This document shows positions 11,072 to 20,785 of a stretch of 64,000 bases of DNA, in pieces (the stretch's first letter is position 1; the number at the start of each line of letters is the position of its first letter). The notes beneath the pieces were generated by a model. That model had not been told where the DNA came from, searched no databases, and worked only from the letters and a program-made list of their open reading frames with translations. The DNA comes from an uncultured Bdellovibrio sp. (GTDB lineage: Bacteria > Bdellovibrionota > Bdellovibrionia > Bdellovibrionales > Bdellovibrionaceae), in NCBI GenBank assembly GCA_963932905.1, contig CAWVRN010000004.1:96001-160000 (forward strand). Reading direction: 5' to 3'. A program made the translations under genes and the position numbers.

Positions 11072-12758
11072 ATCATATTTGTTTTATTTTGTAATTTTCG
11101 CATTTACATTTTTCTTATTCTCAATTTTCGCGATTAGAGGGGTAGATCCTCATCATGATGGTTTAATGATTAAAACCTCTATGGATGTACTGTCTGGCCA
11201 AACACTTTATAAGGACACTTTTACCCAATACGGAAGCTTAACGACATATATACAAGTTCTGTTTCTATATCTATTTGGAGCTAAATTAATTTCTCTAAAG
11301 CTAGGAACAGTGGCCGTATACTCAGCCACAGCCGTAATGCAATTTGCAATTGGACGAAAATATTTGCCCTTAGCTTTAAATATATTTTTATATTTTATTT
11401 GGTTGATCATTGCTCCCTTTTACAGAATTGATTGGGCATTTCTATCTTGGTCATCATCCTTTGCTTTATTCTTCCAAACCGCATCGACTCTATGCTTTCT
11501 GACGGCCTTGAGTTCAAAGCAAAGTCGAATATACTGTGTTCTCTCCGGAGTCTTCACTGCCGCCGTATTTTGGTGCCGAATTCCTGCCGGTATTACATTT
11601 GCCGCTGCCTATATAATTATTTTCTTTAGCTGTTTAATCCTAATAAAAAATGAATCTTTTAAAGGCTCAGCGAAAGTTATTCTGATATTAAAAAATTATA
11701 AGCACTTTTTGCTTGGGTATTTCCCGGTAATGATCTTTTTCTTTGGTCTATTATTCTTCACCGAATCACTTGGCGATTGGCATTATCAAGTTTTTGAAGC
11801 TCCAAAAATGTGGCTTAATAATTCGTTTGGGACATCGCCCTCTCGTATTCTATGGAGCTTATTTTACTCTCCGACAAGTGGCATTTTCATTACTATTTCT
11901 CTATTTGCCATTCTCATCTCAGTAAAGTTTGCAGAAAAAAAATTACCTCCCAGCAAATTAAATTTGAACTTGGTTTACCCATTAATACTATCATCTTTCA
12001 TTGTACTTACTTTTTTTATATTTAGTTCAATATCCTTTGATATTTTTGGCGGTTGGGCCTCCGCCATTCCAATCGTTTTGCTAGGATTCTTTTTCGTGAC
12101 ATGCTATGGGCTATTTTATCGAAAGAGCGTAACTTCAGAAAATCAAATAATTTTAATCTGGCTATCAATCATCGCCTTATCTTCATGGCACCAATATTTT
12201 CCCGTGACTTGCTATCGCCACATTTTCTGGGGGGTTTCTCCGGCGCTGGGACCATTTTTGATGATCTGTCTTTATATTGCTAGATTTCGTGTTTTTCCAG
12301 TTATAGTTTCCGTCGGAGTATTTATGCTTCCAATGGTTGCAGATAGAATCTCTGTAGCAAAAACGAATCTAACGTCTTCGTATGTCAAAGTAAATTCCCC
12401 AACCGTGCTATCTGGAATGTTAGTAAATAGAAGTTTATTTGAGACGATATCAACTGTTAATGAAACCATTCAAAATTATCTTTCTAGCCATCCAAATACT
12501 CCCATATTGTTAGACGGTGGAGACGCGCTCTACAATACATTCTCTAGCAACCTTAGCAATCCGGAACCTATGTTTGTATCGTGGGGCTATAGCAATAAAG
12601 AAAGTATCGCAAAAAGAGAAACCTTCATAAAGTTGCAAAAGCCGATTATTATTGTTCAATCAAGACCGGAGGAAAAGCTTCAAGAGTATAAAACTAAATT
12701 TAACTATAAAGTGATTTTGTCGGTCGACTCTATGGTCATTCTCGTTCCGACGAACTAG
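11061..12758 (+). CDS. Multi-pass membrane protein, GT-C-like glycosyltransferase candidate
   Basis: DPHHDG then GQTLYKDTFTQYG after TM1, ~12 TMs, soluble C-terminus; GTG start overlaps the upstream gene. Confidence 0.62.
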   Translation: MKPRSYLFYFVIFAFTFFLFSIFAIRGVDPHHDGLMIKTSMDVLSGQTLYKDTFTQYGSLTTYIQVLFLYLFGAKLISLKLGTVAVYSATAVMQFAIGRKYLPLALNIFLYFIWLIIAPFYRIDWAFLSWSSSFALFFQTASTLCFLTALSSKQSRIYCVLSGVFTAAVFWCRIPAGITFAAAYIIIFFSCLILIKNESFKGSAKVILILKNYKHFLLGYFPVMIFFFGLLFFTESLGDWHYQVFEAPKMWLNNSFGTSPSRILWSLFYSPTSGIFITISLFAILISVKFAEKKLPPSKLNLNLVYPLILSSFIVLTFFIFSSISFDIFGGWASAIPIVLLGFFFVTCYGLFYRKSVTSENQIILIWLSIIALSSWHQYFPVTCYRHIFWGVSPALGPFLMICLYIARFRVFPVIVSVGVFMLPMVADRISVAKTNLTSSYVKVNSPTVLSGMLVNRSLFETISTVNETIQNYLSSHPNTPILLDGGDALYNTFSSNLSNPEPMFVSWGYSNKESIAKRETFIKLQKPIIIVQSRPEEKLQEYKTKFNYKVILSVDSMVILVPTN

Positions 12759-12826
12759 ATAGATTTGTTTTGAGTTCCAGCAAAGGGAACTTGTAAAACT
12801 ACCCCAACTTCGATTAAATTACTCAA

Positions 12827-13858
12827 ATGAACAACACCAATATTAGCCTATTTATCAATAGTCTTCTTCCTAAACTAGAGAACAAAACTATCTTTTTAAC
12901 AGGTGGAACTGGCTTCTTTGGTCGAAGTTTTTTGGAATTTATACTCGGAATCAACTCTGTTCATAATTTGAAATTGAAAATCTATGTATTAGCCCGAGAT
13001 CCAGAGAAGTTTAAAAAACAATACCCAGAGCTAGCTCCCGACTACGTAACTTTCCAAAAGGGAGATATAGTTAACTTTGAATTTTTGGATATAGAAGTTA
13101 ACTATATTTTTCATTTTGCAACTCCAGCTAGTGCAACGATGAATATCGAAAATCCTCTTGGGATGTTTGATAATATTGTTGATGGTTCTAGGCGCATTCT
13201 AGATTTCGCAGTTAAAAGCAAATGTGAAAAATTTTTACTTACTAGTTCTGGTGCGGTATACGGAAAGCAACCGACAGAACTAACCCATATTCCAGAATCC
13301 TATATGGCTGCACCGACCACACAAAATAGCCATTCGGCTTACGGTGAAGGAAAACGGGTTGCTGAGCTTATGGGTAATATCTATTCAGACAAATATGGAT
13401 TTGAGCATAAAATTGCTCGATGCTTTGCTTTCGTAGGTCCTCACATAGACGCCAACGGGACATTTGCAATTGGAAACTTCATTCGCAATGCAGTTCAGGG
13501 AAAGGCTATTTCTATTGGTGGCGACGGAACACCTTTTCGATCTTATTTGTACAGTTCTGATTTGATAGTGTGGCTTTTGACTATTTTATTAAACGGAAAA
13601 AACAAACAACCTTATAATGTTGGCTCGGACGATGACCTTAGCATTTTAGATCTTGCTAAAAAAGTAACTCAACTTGTAAACCCATCTTTACAAATTGAAA
13701 TTGCAAAAAAAGCGCTAGATTTGTCGCGACCAGATCGATATGTCCCCAATGTTTCTTTGGCTAAAAATGAACTAGGTCTTTGTGTCTGGACGTCTTTAGA
13801 AGACTCCATTATCAAAACAGCAGCTGCTTACAAACTGCTGCTGAAGGACAAAAATTAA
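12827..13858 (+). CDS. NAD-dependent nucleotide-sugar epimerase/dehydratase/reductase (extended SDR)
   Basis: TGGTGFFG, SSGAVYG, YGEGK (YxxxK), RCFAFVGP, GDGTPFRSYLY. Confidence 0.88.
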   Translation: MNNTNISLFINSLLPKLENKTIFLTGGTGFFGRSFLEFILGINSVHNLKLKIYVLARDPEKFKKQYPELAPDYVTFQKGDIVNFEFLDIEVNYIFHFATPASATMNIENPLGMFDNIVDGSRRILDFAVKSKCEKFLLTSSGAVYGKQPTELTHIPESYMAAPTTQNSHSAYGEGKRVAELMGNIYSDKYGFEHKIARCFAFVGPHIDANGTFAIGNFIRNAVQGKAISIGGDGTPFRSYLYSSDLIVWLLTILLNGKNKQPYNVGSDDDLSILDLAKKVTQLVNPSLQIEIAKKALDLSRPDRYVPNVSLAKNELGLCVWTSLEDSIIKTAAAYKLLLKDKN

Positions 13859-15657
13859 AACTCGTATTTTTTAACCATTTCATCAGACATAAATGGAGCC
13901 ATCTCATGAATCGGTTTCGATTTCATTGATCCATTTTCTAAGCGAACCGATGAAACTGTTGGAATAATGTCTTGATACGGAGGTGTAAAGACTTCGCATA
14001 CAGCAGGACCATTTGAATTCAAAACATTTTTCACTAGCGAGTCTAGCTTAGAAAACTTATCTGTCGAAGAATAAGGAAGCTCATAAGCATTTGCAATCTT
14101 GTCAGTTTTAGGAATAAATACGCCAGATTCGTAACTTGTTCCGACAAAATGGCCACTAAAGAAATTTGTTTGGGAATTACGAATACAAACATACCCATCA
14201 TTATTCACGACAAACAATTTAATATTTAAATTGTATCTCTTAAAAACTGCTAGTTCATGAATATTAGTTTGTAAGGACCCATCACCAGTAACACAAATTA
14301 CACGGCCACCACTAGCAGCTAGTGCGGCACCTGTAGCCGCTGGCAGAGCAAAGCCCATTGCACCCAGTGAACCCGAATTGATTACACGTTGACCTTTTTT
14401 AACTCGAAAAGCCTGACCAACAACATAAAATGCAGAACCGGCATCTGTGACGATAATATCATTTTCTTGGCAATGAGTATCCAAAACTTCCATAAAGTTA
14501 TAGATATTGATTTGATCTCCCTCAACTTTATGAGGCTCTTTATATACTGAAAGCTCGTTTTTAATGCGTTTACAATGCGACAACCAAGCTTCATTTGAAA
14601 CAATTTTCGTTCCGCCAACTTTTTCACTAAGCGCATTCAGAAATGTTTTTACCTCTCCCAAAATTTTATCCTGGAAGCCAACCTCTTCACGTTGTAAAAC
14701 CGCTGGATCTGGGTCGACCATAATCTTATGAGCTTTTGGCGCAAATTGATCGAGTTCATATCCAGTTGTTGTGACATGCAAACTACACCCGACTGAAATG
14801 ATTAAATCAGCAGACTGAATTGCTAAATTACCGGCACGATCACCCTTCATACCAGGGTGGCCAACAAACAAAGGATGGTCATATGGGATTATATCTTTAC
14901 CAAAACACGTCGACACAACCGGAATATTAAGTTTATTAACAAGATCTAAGAAGGTTTTCTCAGCACCTGCAACACGAACTCCATACCCAGCCAATATCAA
15001 AGGCTTCTTCGCTTTACCCAAGGCAGTAACGACCGTATCCATTGTCTGATTATTTATTGCCTTATATTTAGTGTGTTTCGGAGTTTGATCTAATTCAGAT
15101 GGATTAAACCCACGCAGCGAGGCTGGATCCACTGGCGCACCTTGAATATCAATTGGGATATCCAAGAATACACTACCTGGGCGCCCGTCCATCGCCATGA
15201 AAATCGCTTTTTCTAAGTGATAGCGAATATCTTGAGCCTTACTAACAAAGCCCGCATACTTTGTAACTGATTTTACATTTTGAATGATATCAACTTCAAA
15301 GGTTCCAAACTGTCGCAAGCCTTCTATTTTCGATCCTTCAATAGTCTGAGAAACTTTACTTTGACCAGAAATAAAAAGAACTGGAGAGGAATCTTGAAAT
15401 GCACCAACGACAGCAGTCAAAGTATTAGTGCCGCCCGGCCCGCTTGTCGCGTAACAAACCCCTAAACTGCCTGTGATTCGTGCATGAGCATCTGCCGCGA
15501 TCCCGCTAGCTTGTTCGTGGTGATTACATATGTAGGTTAAATTTTTGCGTCTACTTACAGCATCCAGCAAGTGCATCATTCCACCGCCCGAAAGTAAGAA
15601 AACGTGTTTAACACCAATATTTTCTAAATGTTCAGCTACATAGTCTGCGACTCTCAC
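13855..15657 (-). CDS. Thiamine-diphosphate enzyme of the acetolactate-synthase family (YerE-like carboligase candidate)
   Basis: HHEQ, TSGPGGTN, GRPGSVFLDIP, GAMGFALP, GDGSLQ...NN ThDP motif; lies in a CDP-dideoxyhexose cluster. Confidence 0.88.
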   Translation of the reverse strand: MRVADYVAEHLENIGVKHVFLLSGGGMMHLLDAVSRRKNLTYICNHHEQASGIAADAHARITGSLGVCYATSGPGGTNTLTAVVGAFQDSSPVLFISGQSKVSQTIEGSKIEGLRQFGTFEVDIIQNVKSVTKYAGFVSKAQDIRYHLEKAIFMAMDGRPGSVFLDIPIDIQGAPVDPASLRGFNPSELDQTPKHTKYKAINNQTMDTVVTALGKAKKPLILAGYGVRVAGAEKTFLDLVNKLNIPVVSTCFGKDIIPYDHPLFVGHPGMKGDRAGNLAIQSADLIISVGCSLHVTTTGYELDQFAPKAHKIMVDPDPAVLQREEVGFQDKILGEVKTFLNALSEKVGGTKIVSNEAWLSHCKRIKNELSVYKEPHKVEGDQINIYNFMEVLDTHCQENDIIVTDAGSAFYVVGQAFRVKKGQRVINSGSLGAMGFALPAATGAALAASGGRVICVTGDGSLQTNIHELAVFKRYNLNIKLFVVNNDGYVCIRNSQTNFFSGHFVGTSYESGVFIPKTDKIANAYELPYSSTDKFSKLDSLVKNVLNSNGPAVCEVFTPPYQDIIPTVSSVRLENGSMKSKPIHEMAPFMSDEMVKKYEF

Positions 15658-16430
15658 AACGTACCACCTAACGCTCGTGTATATTGCTCTTTTATATTTA
15701 AAAAACTTTTTCCAATTAAGAAACTATCCACACCCACAACAATAAAGTTCGCACCTAACTTATGGTACTTTGAGACTTCACTAGGGTCTTGAACCATGAC
15801 ACCGGCAATACTGTTTGCATTTCTAATTTTAACTATCGAAGATTCAACAATACTCATCAATTTTGGATTTTTCATATCACCAGGTGCACCCAGTGCCACT
15901 GACAAATCATAAGATCCGATATAAACAATATCCAAATCTGGAACCTGAAGGATTTTATCTAGTTCATCAACTGCCTGCAAGGTTTCTACAATCACACCAG
16001 TTAAAGCAAATCCATTCGAGTTTCTATTTTCACTAGGGCGAACTAAAGAGTAATCGCTAACTCGTGTAAACGGATTAAAACCTCTTACACCTCTAGGAGC
16101 ATAATGAGTCAACTTAACTGCATTTTCTACTTCACTAAGACTTTTCACTTGCGGAAAAATAATTCCATGGGCACCAAGATCCATCGCCTTTTGAGTGGCA
16201 ATCGCATCAAGGCCATTGATTCTGACTAAAGGAGAACATTCATGAAGTTCACAACTGCGAATACTGGCATCAAGGCTTTCAAAACTAAATAGTCCATGCT
16301 CCATATCCAAAATTTGAAAGTCCATCTTTGCAATAGATAAAACTTCAGCATTGATGGCCGATGGAATAATCGACCAAGTACCACATACCCAACCTTGGGA
16401 CGCAATTTTTTGTTTAATAAAGTTTCTAAT
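15654..16430 (-). CDS. HpcH/HpaI-family class II pyruvate aldolase (probable ATT start at 16430)
   Basis: DFQILDMEHG, MDLGAHGIIFP, APRGVRG, IVET, YIGSYDLS; the reading frame continues 35 codons upstream of the ATG at 16325 through a family-typical GTWSIIPS segment. Confidence 0.85.
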   Translation of the reverse strand: MRNFIKQKIASQGWVCGTWSIIPSAINAEVLSIAKMDFQILDMEHGLFSFESLDASIRSCELHECSPLVRINGLDAIATQKAMDLGAHGIIFPQVKSLSEVENAVKLTHYAPRGVRGFNPFTRVSDYSLVRPSENRNSNGFALTGVIVETLQAVDELDKILQVPDLDIVYIGSYDLSVALGAPGDMKNPKLMSIVESSIVKIRNANSIAGVMVQDPSEVSKYHKLGANFIVVGVDSFLIGKSFLNIKEQYTRALGGTL

Positions 16431-16462
16431 TGGATCGTCCTATTTTTAAATCTTATTTAAAT

Positions 16463-17524
16463 TTAGTTTCTATCTAATAAATACCATTGAACCGTTCGCT
16501 CAATAGCTTTGTCCAACGGGACTGTCATTTTTAGATTAAACTTATCTTGTATTTTACTTGTATCAGGCACCATACGAGTTTTTCGCATCGCCGAAGCCGT
16601 ACCAGCACAATAAATGATGTCAGTTTTAACGCTAAAATGTTTCACTACTTTTAAAGACAAATCCCTTAGGTTAACTGGTTCAGAGCTACCTAAATTATAT
16701 TTTGCTCCCGATTCAGCATTTAACAACGTCTTCAATGTCCAAAATGCCATATCTGTAGCGTACATAAAACTACGTACCGTTTCGCCATCACCTAAAACTT
16801 TTACAGATTTTCCGTTAATAGCATCATTAATAAAGCTGTTTAAGGCCCAAGGACTATTTAGAGACTGGTATGGACCAACTAAGGTAAACGGACGTAGAGT
16901 ACAAACAGGAACTCGGAATTGACTACGATAAGCCGAACACAATCCTTCCGTATAACGTTTAGCTTCAGCATAAACGCTCGAAGTAGAAGTTTCATCTACG
17001 TAGGTAAAATCACCTTCTGTCACATTCTTTTCACGATCGAAAAAGTGTCCATAGACCGAAGAAGAACTCATATTCAAAAACATTTTAAAATTAGACAGAC
17101 GATCTGTCGCTCGAAGGACAGAGTCAATTCCAAGACCTGACGAATTCATCACTTCTACTGGAGACGAGGTATGATCATGACTACTTGGGAAACCCGCCGC
17201 AAACACTACGTAATTAGTATCTTTAGGTAGTTCAACTAAGTACCGAATATCCGAACGCTGAAAATCAAACAACTTTGAGTTTAATAGATGCGGAGAGCGC
17301 GTTTTAACCTTTTCGATATCACGATCTATAATAGTAACTTTGGTGTTGAACTTATGTTCCGTGTTCAAAAAGTTAACAATTTCAGAAATCCACGTACCTA
17401 CGAATCCCGCACCACCTGGAATACATAGAGAACTATTTTTAAGACCGTCAAGTTCACTTACACTGACCGACTCAAAAAGGTCTTTAATGTCTTTTTGTAT
17501 AAAGTTAAACTGCTTGATACTCAT
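16463..17524 (-). CDS. NAD-dependent nucleotide-sugar epimerase/reductase (extended SDR), paralog of 12827-13858
   Basis: GGAGFVG, SSSSVYG, YAEAK, GDGETVRSFMY. Confidence 0.83.
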   Translation of the reverse strand: MSIKQFNFIQKDIKDLFESVSVSELDGLKNSSLCIPGGAGFVGTWISEIVNFLNTEHKFNTKVTIIDRDIEKVKTRSPHLLNSKLFDFQRSDIRYLVELPKDTNYVVFAAGFPSSHDHTSSPVEVMNSSGLGIDSVLRATDRLSNFKMFLNMSSSSVYGHFFDREKNVTEGDFTYVDETSTSSVYAEAKRYTEGLCSAYRSQFRVPVCTLRPFTLVGPYQSLNSPWALNSFINDAINGKSVKVLGDGETVRSFMYATDMAFWTLKTLLNAESGAKYNLGSSEPVNLRDLSLKVVKHFSVKTDIIYCAGTASAMRKTRMVPDTSKIQDKFNLKMTVPLDKAIERTVQWYLLDRN

Positions 17525-18537
17525 AGCATTGGTCCATTTTTTTGAGCCAAGTCTTTTGCTACTTCCATAATATAATCTTCCTGACCAGCGATCACCTTGC
17601 GACGACCAAGTTCAAAGAAAATATCACGAGGATCTAATTTATATTCAGCCGCAATACGAGTCACAGGCTTCATGAAACCAGAAAACACACCAGATAGACC
17701 GCTTACAATGCTCACTGAACTAATTGTTGGAGGCGCAGGCATTAATTCTTTTTCAGCTAAATCAGCGGCATCCAAAACTTTATAGAAATCAATTCCAGTT
17801 TGATACTTCATTCGGTGCAGAACTGCGACCAAAACTTCAAGTTGAGCATTTCCGGCTCCCGCGCCAAAACCGCGCGCGCAACCGTCCAGAATTTCAGCTC
17901 CACTCTCTACAGCCGTTATTGAGTTCGCAATGGCCATACCCAAATTGTTATGAGCATGAAATCCTACCGGAATATTTAAACCACCGACCAAAGTTTCAAC
18001 TCTTTCTTTAACATCTGAAGGCAAGTAATATCCAGCGGAGTCCATAAATACGATTGCTTGCGCTCCGTAAGACTCCATTTTCTTAGCTTCTTCAAGCAAG
18101 ATTTCCTTGGTCACCAAATGCGACATCATCAAAATACCGTAAACTGTTTTATCTTGTTTACGAGCGTAATCGATATGTCGTTCAGTTAAATCAGCTTCTG
18201 TACAATGAGATGCAACGCGAATAACATCAACACCGTACTCGATCGCAGGTTTTAAATCTTTTTCAATTGTTGCAAATCCAGGGATCACATGAACACCTAG
18301 CTTTGATTTTTTTAAATTTTCACGCGCTGTCCGTAAAGCTACTTCATCAGAACAAGTCGCTTCACCAAGTTGTAAAGAAGAGGCTCCGACACCGTTACCA
18401 TGACCCACTTCAATTATTGGAATTCCTGCAGCGTCTGCAGCACGACAATATTTCGCGATTTGTTCAGCAGTCAGTTTATGTCGAATCGCATGATTTCCGT
18501 CTCTTAACGTAGGATCGCTAACTAAAATTTGCTTCAT
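17521..18537 (-). CDS. dmpG: 4-hydroxy-2-oxovalerate aldolase
   Basis: DPTLRDGNHA, EVGHGNG, HCTEAD, MDSAG, GFHAHNNLG, GAGAGN, GQEDYI. Confidence 0.93.
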   Translation of the reverse strand: MKQILVSDPTLRDGNHAIRHKLTAEQIAKYCRAADAAGIPIIEVGHGNGVGASSLQLGEATCSDEVALRTARENLKKSKLGVHVIPGFATIEKDLKPAIEYGVDVIRVASHCTEADLTERHIDYARKQDKTVYGILMMSHLVTKEILLEEAKKMESYGAQAIVFMDSAGYYLPSDVKERVETLVGGLNIPVGFHAHNNLGMAIANSITAVESGAEILDGCARGFGAGAGNAQLEVLVAVLHRMKYQTGIDFYKVLDAADLAEKELMPAPPTISSVSIVSGLSGVFSGFMKPVTRIAAEYKLDPRDIFFELGRRKVIAGQEDYIMEVAKDLAQKNGPML

Positions 18538-19418
18538 ACAAATAACTCCTTGTTTTGCATTTTGCTGGCATACTCTTCTGCCATTGCAACAGCCGCACAG
18601 TTAATAATATCTAAATTACCCGCGTACTCCGGCAGATAATCTCCTAAGCCTTTTACTCGAATGGTAGTGAAAATACGTCCATCCTCTAAAATCGGACCAA
18701 CGATAACTTCATAACCAGGAACATACTTTTTAATGGCTTGCTCCAACTCTTTAACTGCTTTTTGAAGAGCTGGCATATCTGGATTATCGACTTTCGCCAT
18801 AACCGTAGTTTGCATATTAATGCATGGAACTGCTGGGTTAAGATTTAAAATGGCTTTTGTACGTTTAGCGCCAGAAAACTTCTTAACTCCGCCTTCAGTT
18901 GTGTGAATGTACTCATCTAAATTGATACGAGTAGCACGGCCCGCGCTACGAGAAGCAATTGAAGATACAACTTCAATATAATCCACAGACTTTTGTGTTT
19001 TTCCGATAGCATAAGCTATTGGAATAGACGCTTGCCCACCGCATGTGACCATATTTACATTTTGCAAATTTGCGCATTCTTTCAAATTAACTGCTGGAAC
19101 ACACATCTCACCAACTTTAGCCGGAGTTAAGTCGATTACTTTTTTTCCTAGGCGTTCCAAAATCGGTGCATGCTCAAGATGACTAGCCGCTGACGTCGCA
19201 TCGAAAACGATATCACAACACCCAGGATTATTCACAATGTACGCGATACCTTCTGCTGAAACAGGAACATTCAAAGATTGAGCTTTTAGAATTCCTTGGG
19301 ATCCAAGATTTCTTCCAATAAAAGCGCCTGCCTCCAACTGTCTTGAACGCAGTACTTTAACCAGCAAATCAGCCCCGATATTACCCGTTCCTAAAATTGC
19401 TACTTTAATTTTTTTCAC
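18534..19418 (-). CDS. dmpF: Acetaldehyde dehydrogenase (acylating)
   Basis: GTGNIG, FDATSA, IDLTPA, NVNMVTCGGQA, GDYLPEYAGNLDI. Confidence 0.94.
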   Translation of the reverse strand: MKKIKVAILGTGNIGADLLVKVLRSRQLEAGAFIGRNLGSQGILKAQSLNVPVSAEGIAYIVNNPGCCDIVFDATSAASHLEHAPILERLGKKVIDLTPAKVGEMCVPAVNLKECANLQNVNMVTCGGQASIPIAYAIGKTQKSVDYIEVVSSIASRSAGRATRINLDEYIHTTEGGVKKFSGAKRTKAILNLNPAVPCINMQTTVMAKVDNPDMPALQKAVKELEQAIKKYVPGYEVIVGPILEDGRIFTTIRVKGLGDYLPEYAGNLDIINCAAVAMAEEYASKMQNKELFV

Positions 19419-19426
19419 ACTGCCCC

Positions 19427-20773
19427 CTATTTAACTTGCTCTTTAATAGCTGTTTCCAATTGTTCTAACATGTAATCCAATTTCTTTTGATCCAATGCGG
19501 GATGAACACCAATCCAAAAAACTCTGTTCATAATTGTATCTGTATTTTTCAAATCCCCGTGAACACGATAATTTACATTTTTATACGCTGGTTGCTTAGT
19601 TAAGTTACCTGCGAACAAAAGGCGTGTCCCTACTTTTTTATTTTCTAAACTAGCTACGATTTTTTCACGATTCAATGATTCGTGACAAATCATCGGAAAT
19701 CCAAACCAACTTGGCTCAGTTCCTGGCGTTGGTTCAATCGGAGACAGAAGTTCGCTCAATAAAGGTGAACTTTTAATACCTTTATACAAGTAACTCCAAT
19801 TCGCGCGACGTTTTTCAATAAACCCATCTAATTTCTTAAGCTGAGCCACACCTAACGCCGCCTGCATATCAGTAACTTTTAAATTGTAACCCACCTGCGA
19901 ATAAATATATTTATGATCGTAGCCATCGGGAAGGCTGCCCAACTGCCAATTAAAGCGTTTCTTACAGGTGTTGTCTTTTCCAGGTTCACACCAGCAATCA
20001 CGACCCCAGTCACGAATACTTTCTGCAATTTTTTTAAAGCGGCCATCACGTGAAAGAACAGCTCCTCCTTCACCCATAGTAATATGATGAGCCGGATAGA
20101 AACTTGTTGTTGCATAATCAGAAAATGAGCCTACGGCGCGGCCTTGAACTTTGGCACCCAAGGCATCACAGCAATCCTCTACAAGGTAAAGATTTTCCTT
20201 CTGACACCATTCTTGAAGAATATCTGAACGATATGGATTACCCAAAGTATGAGCCAAAACAACGGCTTTAGTTTTAGAAGTTTTAGCCGCCATGATTTTT
20301 TCCGGCAATGCATTGATAGTTTGAAGATCAACATCAACAAATACAGGTGTCCAACCATTTTGCACAATTGGATTTACAGTTGTAGGGAAACCGGCTGCGA
20401 CGGTGATTACCTCATCGCCAGGTTGAATAGGTTCTTTTCCAAAATCACGAAGTAAGTGTGATCCTAAAGAACTTACTGCCACTAAATTTGCACTAGAACC
20501 GCTATTCACTAAAAGTGCTTTTGTTTGACGATCAAAGTATTTGGGAAATGCGGCTTCGAAGTCGCGGCCAAAGCGACCAGCTGTTAACCACATATCTAGA
20601 GACGCTTCTAATAACAATCCAAGATCATCGGAATCCACAACTTTAGCTGTTACCGGGATATAGGATTCGCCTGGAACAAATGCTGGCTGTTGCGCCATTT
20701 TGCCATCGTAATATTTTTTAGCCAAGTTGATGATGGCGTCCCTTTGTTCTTGATCAGCACTTTTAGATATCAT
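19427..20773 (-). CDS. rfbH: CDP-4-keto-6-deoxy-D-glucose 3-dehydrase (E1; RfbH/DdhC)
   Basis: DegT fold with SFYPAHHITMGEGG (His at the usual Schiff-base Lys position), EDCCD and GRDCWC...NTC Fe-S cysteines, YDHKY. Confidence 0.93.
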   Translation of the reverse strand: MISKSADQEQRDAIINLAKKYYDGKMAQQPAFVPGESYIPVTAKVVDSDDLGLLLEASLDMWLTAGRFGRDFEAAFPKYFDRQTKALLVNSGSSANLVAVSSLGSHLLRDFGKEPIQPGDEVITVAAGFPTTVNPIVQNGWTPVFVDVDLQTINALPEKIMAAKTSKTKAVVLAHTLGNPYRSDILQEWCQKENLYLVEDCCDALGAKVQGRAVGSFSDYATTSFYPAHHITMGEGGAVLSRDGRFKKIAESIRDWGRDCWCEPGKDNTCKKRFNWQLGSLPDGYDHKYIYSQVGYNLKVTDMQAALGVAQLKKLDGFIEKRRANWSYLYKGIKSSPLLSELLSPIEPTPGTEPSWFGFPMICHESLNREKIVASLENKKVGTRLLFAGNLTKQPAYKNVNYRVHGDLKNTDTIMNRVFWIGVHPALDQKKLDYMLEQLETAIKEQVK

Positions 20774-20785
20774 TTCTTCCTCTTA

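Noticed and set aside
13855..15657. Housekeeping acetolactate synthase ilvB/ilvI
   Set aside because: No small subunit or ilvC is adjacent; the context is CDP-dideoxyhexose synthesis
17521..19418. dmpFG as evidence of an aromatic-degradation operon
   Set aside because: No dioxygenase, hydrolase or hydratase genes are nearby; the genes are embedded among sugar-nucleotide genes
19427..20773. DegT/PerA-type sugar aminotransferase
   Set aside because: His replaces the catalytic Lys and Fe-S cysteines are present, which indicates the E1 dehydrase
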